DNA of 64,000 nt from the NCBI GenBank assembly GCA_040390065.1, contig JAZJZE010000005.1, positions 385,521 to 449,520 on the forward strand. The letters run 5' to 3'. Of this stretch, positions 55,230 to 64,000 are shown piece by piece. This stretch comes from a bacterium (lineage in GTDB: Archaea > Thermoplasmatota > E2 > JACPAO01 > JAHFTW01). The notes beneath the pieces are model-generated. The model ran no database searches, had not been told where the DNA came from, and was given only the letters and a program-made list of their open reading frames with translations. The position numbers and the translations under genes were made by a program. The first letter of the stretch is position 1. Each line of letters opens with the position of its first letter.

Positions 55230-55901
55230 ATGCGCATCGGCATCATTGGAAGCGGTGGCGTCGGCCAAGTCTTGGCCGCAGGCTTTGCGGGCAAGGGCCA
55301 CGACGTCGTCGTCGGCACTCGGGACCCGACGGCGACTCTGGCCAAGACGAAGCCCGACGCCATGGGCAATCCGCCGTTGGGGGTCTTCGCGAAGGCCAAC
55401 CCCAAGGTCAAGATCACGACGTTCGCGGAGGCGGCCAAGCACGGCGAAGTCCTGGTCATGGCCGTCCACGGCGCCAACATCGAGGACGCCGTCAAGCAGA
55501 CCGGGCCCGCCAACCTGGCCGGCAAGCTCGTCCTGGAGACCAGCAACCCGCTGGACTTCGGGGCCGACGGCCTGCACAAGCACAAGGCCATCCCGGATTC
55601 ATGCCTGCAGGTGGCACAGCGCGCGGCCCCGCAGGCCAAGTTCGTGAAGGCGTGGAACTGCACGCCGGTCAGCCAGATGGTCAACCCCAAGACCGGGCCG
55701 GGCGACCAACTCATCTGCGGCGACGATGCCAAGGCCAAGGAGCAGGCGTCGAAGATCCTGAAGGAGTTCGGCTGGAACGTCGCCGACGTCGGCGGGTCGA
55801 GCAAGGCGCCCTACGTCGAGGCCACGGCCATCGCCATCTGCAACTACGCGGCCGCCACGAACGATTGGGGCTGGATCGTCAAGCTTCCAGGCCGAAAATA
55901 G
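55230..55901 (+). CDS. F420-dependent NADP oxidoreductase family protein
   Basis: IGIIGSGGVG, GTRDP, SNPL, VKAWN, ICGDD..AK, DVG; TTTAT at 55202-06. Confidence 0.85.
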   Translation: MRIGIIGSGGVGQVLAAGFAGKGHDVVVGTRDPTATLAKTKPDAMGNPPLGVFAKANPKVKITTFAEAAKHGEVLVMAVHGANIEDAVKQTGPANLAGKLVLETSNPLDFGADGLHKHKAIPDSCLQVAQRAAPQAKFVKAWNCTPVSQMVNPKTGPGDQLICGDDAKAKEQASKILKEFGWNVADVGGSSKAPYVEATAIAICNYAAATNDWGWIVKLPGRK

Positions 55902-55930
55902 AGGAGAAGGGGAAAAGGGAGCGGACCCAC

Positions 55931-56350
55931 CTACGCCGTGCGGCGTGTCGGCGTGGTCGTCGTCTCGTCCGTAGTGCCCATGAAGCCAGCGGCCAGGCCC
56001 CACACGCCGATCGCGGTGTGCACGAGGTTCTCGCCGAGCTCCAGTTGGACGCCAAGGGCGTTTATGACGTAGCCGTTGACGAAGCCCGCGATGGCCAATC
56101 CCGTGTAGACGATGCCGAAGAGGCGGGCGTAGATCTTGGCGTAGGCGCCGCCGGCAAGGAACCCGGCCGCGAGGGCAATCGCGCCCAACACGACGTGCAG
56201 GATGTCATGGGTCCAGTCAAAGGTGAGGAAGTTCGGCATGAAGTTCCCGTGGGGGTTGCCCACGAATTCCATGACGATGCCGAGCAGCGCAGTCGCCAGC
56301 AGCGCGAAGCCCGTGATCTTGGCGTACAGTTTCGGGTTGAGGACGTTCAT
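55931..56350 (-). CDS. DUF4383-like four-TM protein
   Basis: HDILHVVLG...YA..FG.VY...G...N..H..IG; ATG 56350. Confidence 0.7.
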   Translation of the reverse strand: MNVLNPKLYAKITGFALLATALLGIVMEFVGNPHGNFMPNFLTFDWTHDILHVVLGAIALAAGFLAGGAYAKIYARLFGIVYTGLAIAGFVNGYVINALGVQLELGENLVHTAIGVWGLAAGFMGTTDETTTTPTRRTA

Positions 56351-56403
56351 GGTCTTCACTGCAGCGTTGGCTGCAAGGACCAAACCGCCTTCCTGCACAT
56401 AAC

Positions 56404-57387
56404 CTAGACGCCTGCGACCCCTTCTGTCGGGGCAAGCCAGGCGTCGGCTGCCTCCGAGAGGTTGGCGGGGCCAAACAGGCGGTAGAGGTCCTGGTCCGGC
56501 TCCTGCAGGCTGCAGGTTCCGATGCTGAAGGCGAGGTCGTCCATGGCCTCCCCGAGGCGCTCGTAGCTCACGGCGTGGCCGCGCCAGGCGAGTTCCCCGT
56601 CGAAGCTGAAGGCGTCGGCCTCGCGCTCGTAGAGACAGCCCAACATGGCTTCGCCGTCGAAGCCCTCGCCGAGCATCTGGTGCAGGCGCAGGGCGGCCGC
56701 GACGTTCACGAAGCCAAGTTCGTTCTGGTGCTCCGCCTCGAGAAGCGGGTGGTGCAGGCCGGCCGTCGCCTTGAGCGGCACCTTCTGGGCGACCACGTGT
56801 GGGATGAGCTGCACGAGGCTGCGGTTGGAGATGGCGTGTGGCCCGGAGCCGCGCACTTTGAGGCCGACTTGGGCCCCCACCCCGCGCAACTTGCCGAGCA
56901 TGGCGATGAGGGACCAGCCGGAAGCCGCCCAGGCGCGGTCGGAGAGGATGGGTTCGACGAACAGCCGGACGCGGCCCAATGCTTCGGCAGCGGCCTGCAG
57001 TTCCCGCGACGAGAACCGCTTGCCGTGCACTTCGAGCGAAACGATTTCGGCGGAGCCGACGTTCTTGGCGTTGAAGGCCTGCACGCGCGGCAGGGTGCGC
57101 TTCAGGGAGGCTGCGTCGAGGCCGACGAGGGCGATGGAGCAGGCCGTGTCGCCGAAGCCGGCGCGTTCCACGGCCTTGGGTGTGATGAAGCGCAGGTCGG
57201 CGCTGGCCACGACCATGTCGGTGCCGAGGATCGCAGGGCGGACGAGGCGGGGGGCGCGGGCGGCTTCGGCAAGCGCGTCCTTGACCGAGAGCGAGGCAGG
57301 CGGGAACGTCCCCGCGTAGTCGAACAGACGCGCCGTCAGAAGGTCGAGGGCGTTCATGCCATCCCGCGACTGCACTGTTCGGGCCAT
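56404..57387 (-). CDS. Conserved hypothetical protein downstream of the FAH gene
   Basis: LFDYAG.FPPA.L, GLKVR..G, P.KATAGLHHP, GFVN, S.GTCS..EP. Confidence 0.75.
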   Translation of the reverse strand: MARTVQSRDGMNALDLLTARLFDYAGTFPPASLSVKDALAEAARAPRLVRPAILGTDMVVASADLRFITPKAVERAGFGDTACSIALVGLDAASLKRTLPRVQAFNAKNVGSAEIVSLEVHGKRFSSRELQAAAEALGRVRLFVEPILSDRAWAASGWSLIAMLGKLRGVGAQVGLKVRGSGPHAISNRSLVQLIPHVVAQKVPLKATAGLHHPLLEAEHQNELGFVNVAAALRLHQMLGEGFDGEAMLGCLYEREADAFSFDGELAWRGHAVSYERLGEAMDDLAFSIGTCSLQEPDQDLYRLFGPANLSEAADAWLAPTEGVAGV

Positions 57388-57417
57388 CCAATACGTTTTC
57401 TATTCAGCCAGGGCGAC

Positions 57418-58410
57418 TCAATGGCCCGTCGTGGGGCCGGCGACGACCTGCTGTTCGATGGCGCCGAACACCGAGCGCCCGGAGTCCATGACCTCCATGC
57501 GCACGCGGTCCCCGTACCGTAGGAAGGGCGTCACCGGCTTGCCGGTCGCGATGGCCTCCCGGGTGCGGACCTCGGCAAGGCAGGCGCAGCCTCGCGCCGC
57601 GTCCTCGTTCGAGACGGTGCCGCCGCCGATGACCGTCCCCGCCGGAAGGGGCCGTGTCTTGGCCGCATGCTCGACGAGGTCGAAGAACGAGAAGTGCATG
57701 GCCGAACAGTCCGGGTTGCCGATGCGCCGCGTGTTGACGTCGACGAGGATGTCCATGTGCAGCCGGCCGTCGCGCCATGCGGCGCCAAGTTCGTCGGGTG
57801 TCACCGCGTACGGCCCCATGCTCGAGGGAGGCTTGCCCTGGAAGAACCCGAAACCGGCGGCCATCTCGCGTGGGATGAGGTTGCGCAGGCTGACGTCATT
57901 CATGACGACGAGGAGTTTGACATGCCGCGCGGATTCCTTTGCGCTCGTCCCCATGGGCGTATCGTCGAGGATGACGCCAATCTCGGCCTCCAAGTCGATG
58001 CCGAAGTCCTCCGAGGCGGACCGGATGTCGTCACGCGGGCCGAGGATGGGATCCCCGACGCCCTGATACATGAGGGGCACGGTGCGCAAGTCGGCGGGCG
58101 GTTCCGCGTTGCGCGCCTTGCGGACGAGGAGAATGTGCTGGATGTACGCGGACCCGTCGAGCCACGACGTCGTGCGCGGGATGGGCGCCATGAATTCGCA
58201 GTCGGCAAGAGGGACAATCTCGGGCCATCGGCCTTCCTTGAGTTGCCGGTCGATGCGGCGCAGTTCGGGCTCGACTCGGACCCAGTCCTCGAGGGCCGTG
58301 CGCAGGTTCGGCGCGATGCCGGGCGGCACGAATGCGACCTTGCCCGCCTTGTCGTCGACGAGGACGAGATGGCCATCGCGGGACCGGTCAGGCATGGTCG
58401 CCAGCTTCAA
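57418..58410 (-). CDS. Fumarylacetoacetate hydrolase family protein
   Basis: DGSAY..H...VR.AR, PLMYQG, IDLEAEI, NDVSLRNLIP.E...GFGFFQ.KP, G.GTVSN. Confidence 0.9.
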   Translation of the reverse strand: MKLATMPDRSRDGHLVLVDDKAGKVAFVPPGIAPNLRTALEDWVRVEPELRRIDRQLKEGRWPEIVPLADCEFMAPIPRTTSWLDGSAYIQHILLVRKARNAEPPADLRTVPLMYQGVGDPILGPRDDIRSASEDFGIDLEAEIGVILDDTPMGTSAKESARHVKLLVVMNDVSLRNLIPREMAAGFGFFQGKPPSSMGPYAVTPDELGAAWRDGRLHMDILVDVNTRRIGNPDCSAMHFSFFDLVEHAAKTRPLPAGTVIGGGTVSNEDAARGCACLAEVRTREAIATGKPVTPFLRYGDRVRMEVMDSGRSVFGAIEQQVVAGPTTGH

Positions 58411-58511
58411 CGCGCGCGGCACCCCCGGGCGCCTGTTAACCATGCCGAGGGGACGCTCCACTTCGGCCGCGCGACGGACAGCCTCAAGTGGACCGCTCCG
58501 GTCGGCTCGGC

Positions 58512-58943
58512 ATGAAGGGATTCCAGCGCACCATGACGCTGTCCGCGCCGCCGTCCAAGGTGTTCGCCGTCCTCACGGACCTCGACAACGCACCGAAGTG
58601 GATGCCTGCCATCCAGAAGACGGAGTGGGTCAAGGGCACCAAGGTGGCGGTGGGAAACGTGTGGCGTGAGACCCGGCTGGCGGGCAAGCGGACCCTCGTC
58701 GCCGACATCCTGGTGGTCGCCGCCGAGCCGGACCGAACCCTGGAACTGCACGTCGACGCCAAGCCGTTTCGCATGGAGTTGCGTTTCGCGCTGGCCCCCG
58801 AAGGCAAGGGCACCAAGGTGGAGTACTCCTGCCATGGCCAAGGCAAGGGCCTGATGGCGCTCCTGACTGGACCCATCATGGCCCAAGTCGAGAAGCAGGA
58901 CGACGACCTGTTGCGCCGCTTCAAGGCGTACGTCGAAGGCTAG
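58512..58943 (+). CDS. SRPBCC/polyketide cyclase family protein
   Basis: APPSKVF..LTD....P.WMP, GT.V.Y, L.RFKAYVE. Confidence 0.8.
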   Translation: MKGFQRTMTLSAPPSKVFAVLTDLDNAPKWMPAIQKTEWVKGTKVAVGNVWRETRLAGKRTLVADILVVAAEPDRTLELHVDAKPFRMELRFALAPEGKGTKVEYSCHGQGKGLMALLTGPIMAQVEKQDDDLLRRFKAYVEG

Positions 58944-58951
58944 GAGGCTCC

Positions 58952-59503
58952 ATGGCCGCGCGCGAGGTCCGGCCCGACTTTGGCGGCGTCGTCGTCCGGC
59001 GCTCCAACGTCCATGGCCGGGGCCTGTTTGCCGCCCGCGACTTTCGCAAAGGCGAGCGCGTCCTCGAATACGGCGGTGTCAAGGTGCCGAAGAAGGAAGG
59101 CGACCGGCGCACGGATGCACAGTGGAAGACCGGACGCGTGTACACGTTCGAGCTCAGCCGGCGCTTCGACATCGACGGCTCGCCTCGGTGGAACCTGGCC
59201 CGGCTTGCCAACCAGTCCTGCGACCCGAGCTGCGAAGCCGAGAACGACGGCGGCTGGCACATCTGGATCGTGGCCCTGCGCCACATTCGCAAAGGCGAGG
59301 AGATTACCTACGACTACAATTTCCCCATGATGGACCCGCCGCCGCGCTGCCGCTGCGGTTCGCCCAAGTGCCGTGGGTACATGGTCGGCGAAGAACACGT
59401 GCCTGCCCTGCGCGCCTGGTTGGCGACGAAGGGCTTGCCGGTCCCGCCCGCGCTGCGGCGTCCGCCCGCACGAAAAACGGGAAAGCCCCGCAAGACTTCG
59501 TGA
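58952..59503 (+). CDS. SET-domain protein-lysine methyltransferase with post-SET motif
   Basis: S.VHG.GLFA...F.KGE...EY.G, ARLANQSCDPSC, I.KGEEITYDY, CRCGSPKCRG. Confidence 0.88.
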   Translation: MAAREVRPDFGGVVVRRSNVHGRGLFAARDFRKGERVLEYGGVKVPKKEGDRRTDAQWKTGRVYTFELSRRFDIDGSPRWNLARLANQSCDPSCEAENDGGWHIWIVALRHIRKGEEITYDYNFPMMDPPPRCRCGSPKCRGYMVGEEHVPALRAWLATKGLPVPPALRRPPARKTGKPRKTS

Positions 59504-59509
59504 GGTTCG

Positions 59510-60112
59510 ATGTTCGTCTGCCCGATGCACCCCAATGTGCGCCAAGAGGGACCGGGTCGCTGCCCGACGTGCGGGATGCGTCTCGTCGAGGACACGGCCG
59601 CCCAAGCACCCTCGGAAGAGGCACCGACCGGTTGGCGGGGCTACCTGCCGCTTATGGTCGTCGTCGGGTTGCTGCTGGCCACGACGAGCGTCGTCGCATG
59701 GCGGGATGCGGCGGCTGGCCACCTGGCGGCGAAGGCCGTCGTTGCGACCTTCATGACGGGTTTCTTCCTCGCGTTTGCCGCCTTCAAGCTCCTCGACTTG
59801 CGGGGATTTGCCGAGGGCTACGCCACGTACGACCTGCTGGCGCGACCCGTGTACGCCTACGGCTTCGTGTATCCGTTTGTGGAACTCGGCTTTGGCCTTG
59901 CGATGCTCGGCGGCATCACGCAGCCAGCGCTTCTCTGGGCCGAAGTCGGCGTCATGACGTTCAGCGGTATCGGCGTCGTGCTGAAGCTGGCGAAGGGAGA
60001 GAAATTCCAGTGCGCCTGCCTGGGGACCTTCCTCAAGGTCCCCCTCACGAAGGTCACACTCGTCGAGGACTTCGGCATGGCCGCCATGGCCCTGTACCTG
60101 CTGTTCGGCTAG
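59510..60112 (+). CDS. Heavy-metal-binding domain fused to a MauE/DoxX-like membrane domain
   Basis: CPMHP.......CP.CGM.L; FKLLDL.GF...Y..YD, YPFVEL, CACLG...PL...T.VED. Confidence 0.82.
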   Translation: MFVCPMHPNVRQEGPGRCPTCGMRLVEDTAAQAPSEEAPTGWRGYLPLMVVVGLLLATTSVVAWRDAAAGHLAAKAVVATFMTGFFLAFAAFKLLDLRGFAEGYATYDLLARPVYAYGFVYPFVELGFGLAMLGGITQPALLWAEVGVMTFSGIGVVLKLAKGEKFQCACLGTFLKVPLTKVTLVEDFGMAAMALYLLFG

Positions 60113-60552
60113 CCCACGGGTTTGGCGGTTGCCTTGGCGGCGCGCGCCTTGGCGAAGGCGGCGTCGACGGCCGACTCGAGTGCGCCCAGGTCGCCCTGCA
60201 TGGGATCGACGCGCACCCAACCGAAGAGTCGGAACACAGCGCCGTCTGGTGGGGAAAGCGTGAACCCGGCATCCTCGAGGGCCTTCTTGCCGGGTGCGTC
60301 GAGGAGAAGTTCGACGACGCCTGGCGCGGGGCCGCCGCGGAACAGCCGCGTGAACTGGTTGCAGCCGACGATGAGGCCGACGTGGTCGTGGCCGAATTCC
60401 GCTTGCAACTCGCTGCCGGCTTGCGCTGCTGCGGCTTGGGCGCGGCGTACCAGGCGGAAGAGTCTCTCCTTGTGGTCGGCTGCCACCGGGGTGCGCTCGA
60501 GAAGGCGCAGGGGGCGGTCGTCGCCGGCGCCGGCCGACGGGGTGTGGTCCAC
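60109..60552 (-). CDS. Hypothetical protein
   Basis: Protein-like 3' part of ORF 60109..60981 from GTG 60552 (..GWVRVD...L..AVDAAF). Confidence 0.5.
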   Translation of the reverse strand: MDHTPSAGAGDDRPLRLLERTPVAADHKERLFRLVRRAQAAAAQAGSELQAEFGHDHVGLIVGCNQFTRLFRGGPAPGVVELLLDAPGKKALEDAGFTLSPPDGAVFRLFGWVRVDPMQGDLGALESAVDAAFAKARAAKATAKPVG

Positions 60553-60751
60553 GCGCTCCCGTGGGAGCCTGGGGGGCTTGAGGCTTTTCCCATGCGCCGT
60601 CGCACAGGCCTTGGCCTGTCCGCTAGGCTCATATCGGTTGGAGCCGCACGTATAGACCCCGTCGGACAGTCGTTGGTGTCGAGTCACGTTCACCGTGGCG
60701 CCGCCGAAACCTTGAGGTCCAGGGGGCGCATCCAGCGCGAACAGGTGGCAC

Positions 60752-61198
60752 GTGCAGATCACCTCGCCCGCATTCCGCAACGGCCAGCCCATTCCCCTCG
60801 AGCATACGTGCAAGGGCCGCGACGCAAGCCCTGAAATCTCGTGGACAGGCCTGCCCGATGGAACGGGCGCCGTCGCCCTCATCCTGGACGACCCGGACGC
60901 GCCGGGGGGCACGTGGACCCACTGGACCTTGTGGGATCTTCCGCCGACGGTCATGTCTCTGGCCGCCGGGGCGGACGTCACGCGGCTGGGAGCGGTCCTC
61001 GGGACGACGTCGGCGCGGACCCAGGGCTACCACGGCCCGTGCCCGCCCAGCGGGACGCACCGCTACTTCTTCACCATCTATGCCTTGGACGGCATGCTCG
61101 GCCTGCCGCGCGGCGCGAAAGTCGACGAACTGCGCGCGGCAATCAAGGGACGTGCCCTCGGCAAGGGCCAACTCATGGGGACGTTCTCGAAGGCCTAG
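60752..61198 (+). CDS. YbhB/YbcL (PEBP/Raf kinase inhibitor-like) protein
   Basis: ITSPAF..G..IP, DDPDAP.GTWTHW, Y.GPCPPSG.HRYFF..YALD. Confidence 0.92.
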   Translation: MQITSPAFRNGQPIPLEHTCKGRDASPEISWTGLPDGTGAVALILDDPDAPGGTWTHWTLWDLPPTVMSLAAGADVTRLGAVLGTTSARTQGYHGPCPPSGTHRYFFTIYALDGMLGLPRGAKVDELRAAIKGRALGKGQLMGTFSKA

Positions 61199-61260
61199 AG
61201 TCTGAAGCAGAAGTCGTCTGTCCGTCCGGGTATCGCGCAGCGTGCCGGCCGCAAGGAAGA

Positions 61261-61339
61261 CGTCCGCGGCCGTACTGGAGGTACGGCAAGGGCGCCTGAC
61301 GCCGCGGACGGTCGGCTCCGTGCAGCCGGACGTCAGGCG
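61261..61339. ncRNA. Candidate structured RNA element (pseudoknot with two hairpins)
   Basis: Perfect stems 61261-70/61301-10 (10 bp) and 61293-301/61331-39 (9 bp) cross each other; hairpins at 61269-87 and 61313-28. Confidence 0.3.
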
Positions 61340-61360
61340 ACTCATGCGGAAGACGCTAGT

Positions 61361-61528
61361 CTAGGGGGCCATCGGCGGCAAACGCCGGCGGCTGGTGCGC
61401 GGGCGGTCGGCCCACGTCTCCCAGAGTTCGGAGTCGTCGCCGTCGAGCGCGAACGCGTCGATGCCAATCTGCCGCCGAATGACGGATTGCATGGCATTGT
61501 GGCTTGGTGGGGTCGGGGGGGAGTGCAT
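61361..61528 (-). CDS. Possible small protein (55 aa)
   Basis: MHSPPTPP...IRRQIGIDAFALDGDDSELWETWADRP; TTTATC on the minus strand at 61567-72. Confidence 0.3.
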   Translation of the reverse strand: MHSPPTPPSHNAMQSVIRRQIGIDAFALDGDDSELWETWADRPRTSRRRLPPMAP

Positions 61529-61658
61529 CGCCGTCACCGGGGAGCCGAAGCAGGCCGCCCATGAGCGATAAACCAATCGAAGGAGCCATCGGCGGACAGC
61601 GATGATGGAGACACGCAAGGTCGGCGGGAAGCGAACATATCATACAAACGCGAACATG

Positions 61659-62231
61659 TCAACTATCGAGAAGCCGTTTTCGTCGGCAAGTCCAGACGTC
61701 CGAGACTGTGGCATCGTGTGCCTCCCACGGCACGGCAGTGACCAGCTGACAATCGAAGCCGACACCCCACGACGTGGCCAGCGCGGGGATCACGGCGTCG
61801 TAGAATCCACTCCCGCGGCCGAGGCGGCGGCGGCCCTCGTCGAAGGCGACGCCCGGAACGATGCAAAGGTCGATGTCGGACAACGACACGCCCGGACCTG
61901 CGGCTGGCTCGCGCAAGCCGAACGCACCGGTCTGAAACTCGTGCCAGGCGGCCACCGGACAGAACTCCAGTTTGCGTGGCCCGGCAACGCGCGGAAAGAG
62001 CGTGCGCTTGCCGTCGCGCCACGCCGCCAGCGTCAACGCCACGACCGAGAACTCGGGCGCCTTGGCGGCGTAGAGCGCCACGGTTGTGGCCTGACGCCAA
62101 GCCGGCGTGTCCTGGATGGCCGCCTGGACGACTTCCTCCTCGAGGGCGCGCCGGGCGGGTGGCAAGGCGGCCACGGCGGCCGAGATGCCTGCGCGCATGG
62201 CTGCCTTGTCTTGGGGCACGGCCACCACCAC
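61659..62231 (-). CDS. 5-formyltetrahydrofolate cyclo-ligase
   Basis: K..MR, FG..EP, IDL.IVPGVAFD..R.RLGRGSGFYD, EAHD. Confidence 0.9.
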   Translation of the reverse strand: MVVAVPQDKAAMRAGISAAVAALPPARRALEEEVVQAAIQDTPAWRQATTVALYAAKAPEFSVVALTLAAWRDGKRTLFPRVAGPRKLEFCPVAAWHEFQTGAFGLREPAAGPGVSLSDIDLCIVPGVAFDEGRRRLGRGSGFYDAVIPALATSWGVGFDCQLVTAVPWEAHDATVSDVWTCRRKRLLDS

Positions 62232-62297
62232 CGCGACGAGCCCTTAAGGGTGGGAGGGTCCCGCAGGGCCTAAGAGAAGGCCCCGCGTCGCGCAACC

Positions 62298-62786
62298 GTG
62301 GCTCGCCGGTCCTTCCTGCTCCTGGCCCTTGCCGTGCTGTCCCTTGCCGGCTGCTCCTCGGCCCCGACGCCCACCGCGGCGACGAGCGAGCCGGGACCCG
62401 ATGGCCCGTCGACGGCGCCCGTCGACCTGCACGACGAGGCAGACATGACACAGGGTGTCACCAAGGACTACTCATGGGACGCCGGACCCAACGCGACCGC
62501 ATTCACCGTGGAACTCATCGTGGGCGGCCTGAACGGCGCCCCGGTCTATGAGGCCGTCAACTTCGGCTACGACCTGAGCGGCGGCAAGAACGGCTTCAGC
62601 TACGCATCGCGGCCCGCCTCCGGCAGCGTCGCGGGTGGCTCCGGCCCAGACAACGCCCTCGAGTTCGACGGCCTCGAACAAGACAACCCCGCCCAACTCG
62701 TCGGGTCGTGGAACCTGCGCGTGACCTCCTCTCCCAGCGAGGCCCACTACGCGGTCACCGCCACGGTCCACTACGCAAGGCACTGA
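62298..62786 (+). CDS. Lipoprotein
   Basis: RR, lipobox LAGC, Pro/Thr linker, beta domain with GSWNLRV. Confidence 0.7.
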   Translation: MARRSFLLLALAVLSLAGCSSAPTPTAATSEPGPDGPSTAPVDLHDEADMTQGVTKDYSWDAGPNATAFTVELIVGGLNGAPVYEAVNFGYDLSGGKNGFSYASRPASGSVAGGSGPDNALEFDGLEQDNPAQLVGSWNLRVTSSPSEAHYAVTATVHYARH

Positions 62787-62830
62787 CATCCCGCCGGCAA
62801 TCTCTTGAGCGGGATTCGGCTAGCGCCGCC

Positions 62831-63931
62831 ATGGGAAAGGGCAACGCAGCACCGTACCTGGACGGCTACGACCCCAAGGACCTGACCATCGCGACCGCGG
62901 TGAGCCACTCCAGCCTGCAGATCTTCCACGGCGCCCGACTCGAGGGCTTCAAGACGCTGGCCGTGAGCGCCGGTGACCGGGATGTGCGGTACTACGACGC
63001 GTTCCCGAAGGCCAAGCCCGATCGCATCCTGCAATTAAAGAAATACAGCGACTTGCTGAACCTGGCCGAGGAACTGCGCGAGGAGAACGTCATCCTCGTT
63101 CCCCATGGCAGCCTCGTCGAATACCTCGGCGCCGACAACTACAGCAAGCTGGAATTGCCAATCTACGGCAACCGCAACGTGCTGCACTGGGAATCCGACC
63201 GCGACAAGCAGCGCGAATGGCTCGAGGCGGCCGGCGTCAAGATGCCGCGCAAGATCGCAGACCCCAAGGACATCGTGGAGCCAGTCATCGTGAAGTACCA
63301 CGGCGCCAAGGGTGGCCGCGGCTTCTTCATCGCGAAGTCCTACCACGATTTCAAGCGCCACATCCAGGACAACCAAGCGTACACCATCCAGGAATTCGTC
63401 CTCGGCACGCGCTACTACCTGCACTACTTCCACAGCCCGATCGTCAAGGACGGCTACCAGGTCAAACTCACCGACGCCAAGGGCAAGACCGTCGCGACCA
63501 CGACACTGCAGATGCTCTCCATCGACCGCCGCGACGAGTCCAACATCGACGAGATGAACCGCCTCGGCTCCCTCAAGGACATGGACGAGATCGGCATCCC
63601 GCCGACGTTCGTCGTCACGGGGAACATCCCCATGGTCATCCGCGAAAGCCTGCTGCCCGAGGTGTTCCGCATGGGCGAAGCCGTCGTGAAGGAGGCGCAC
63701 AAGCGCTTCGGGGGACTGTGGGGACCCTTCTGCCTGGAGACGGTCGTCACCGACAAGCTCGAATTCCGCGTCTTCGAGATTTCGGCCCGCATCGTGGCCG
63801 GCACGAACCCATTCATCGGCGGCTCGCCGTATTCAGAAATGATCGAGCCGGGCTTGTCGACGGGCAGGCGCATCGCGAAAGAGATTCGCCTGGCGTCGTC
63901 GTCGGGGCGACTTGCCGAGATCCTGACGTAG
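62831..63931 (+). CDS. purP: FAICAR synthetase (formate--phosphoribosylaminoimidazolecarboxamide ligase)
   Basis: SHSSLQI..GA..EGF.T, PHGSLVEY, GNR..L.WESDR, GAKGGRGFF, TGN.P.V.RESLL, GPFCLE, FEISARIVAGTN. Confidence 0.92.
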   Translation: MGKGNAAPYLDGYDPKDLTIATAVSHSSLQIFHGARLEGFKTLAVSAGDRDVRYYDAFPKAKPDRILQLKKYSDLLNLAEELREENVILVPHGSLVEYLGADNYSKLELPIYGNRNVLHWESDRDKQREWLEAAGVKMPRKIADPKDIVEPVIVKYHGAKGGRGFFIAKSYHDFKRHIQDNQAYTIQEFVLGTRYYLHYFHSPIVKDGYQVKLTDAKGKTVATTTLQMLSIDRRDESNIDEMNRLGSLKDMDEIGIPPTFVVTGNIPMVIRESLLPEVFRMGEAVVKEAHKRFGGLWGPFCLETVVTDKLEFRVFEISARIVAGTNPFIGGSPYSEMIEPGLSTGRRIAKEIRLASSSGRLAEILT

Positions 63932-64000
63932 CAGTGCTCGGCCTGGAGGTCATTGCATAACCTCCAGGAGGTCTGCGCGCGCCGGTTTGCAAGGAGTGCT

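Noticed and set aside
61200-61660. 6S RNA or ZTP riboswitch near the cyclo-ligase and purP genes
   Set aside because: The region is downstream, not upstream, of the cyclo-ligase gene, and the consensus motifs of these RNAs were not seen.
1-64000. CRISPR arrays, rRNA, tRNA, IS transposases
   Set aside because: None was recognised by eye. A tRNAscan/Infernal run would be needed to exclude short or intron-containing RNAs.

Overview
This is a GC-rich window, most likely from an archaeon. Evidence: two PurP-family genes, TATA-like boxes about 25-30 nt before apparently leaderless starts, and archaeal-type lipoproteins. A Thermoplasmatota-like host is my inference. There are three blocks. (1) 1-16.2 kb: a bacterial-style stress/small-molecule cluster with an MFS pump, three ArsR-SRPBCC operons, VOC proteins, DUF1801, a RibD/DHFR-like protein, a methyltransferase, a cupin-PAS fusion and EamA. 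(2) About 16.25-46.64 kb: a visibly more AT-rich island with a tyrosine integrase and RHH gene at the right end. It carries a Panacea-like/PIN/RES toxin-antitoxin-like triad and a sugar-nucleotide/glycosylation cluster that includes a Ser/Thr kinase and a frameshifted GT4. Its main cargo is a roughly 14 kb candidate membrane-remodelling system: three Snf7/ESCRT-III-like proteins, an MIT-domain Vps4/CdvC-like AAA ATPase, two divergent tubulin/FtsZ(CetZ)-like GTPases, several membrane-anchored surface proteins and a membrane-tethered PD-(D/E)xK nuclease. (3) 46.66-64 kb: core genome with a split b6f-type Rieske/cytochrome b operon led by a CxxCH Reeler-like protein, two purP paralogs, an FAH, a SET-domain protein, 5-formyl-THF cyclo-ligase, many lipoproteins and a candidate pseudoknot RNA. 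No rRNA, intact tRNA or CRISPR array was seen. All family calls come from reading motifs by eye, with no database searches. Many start codons were moved from the ORF track to more plausible downstream starts.
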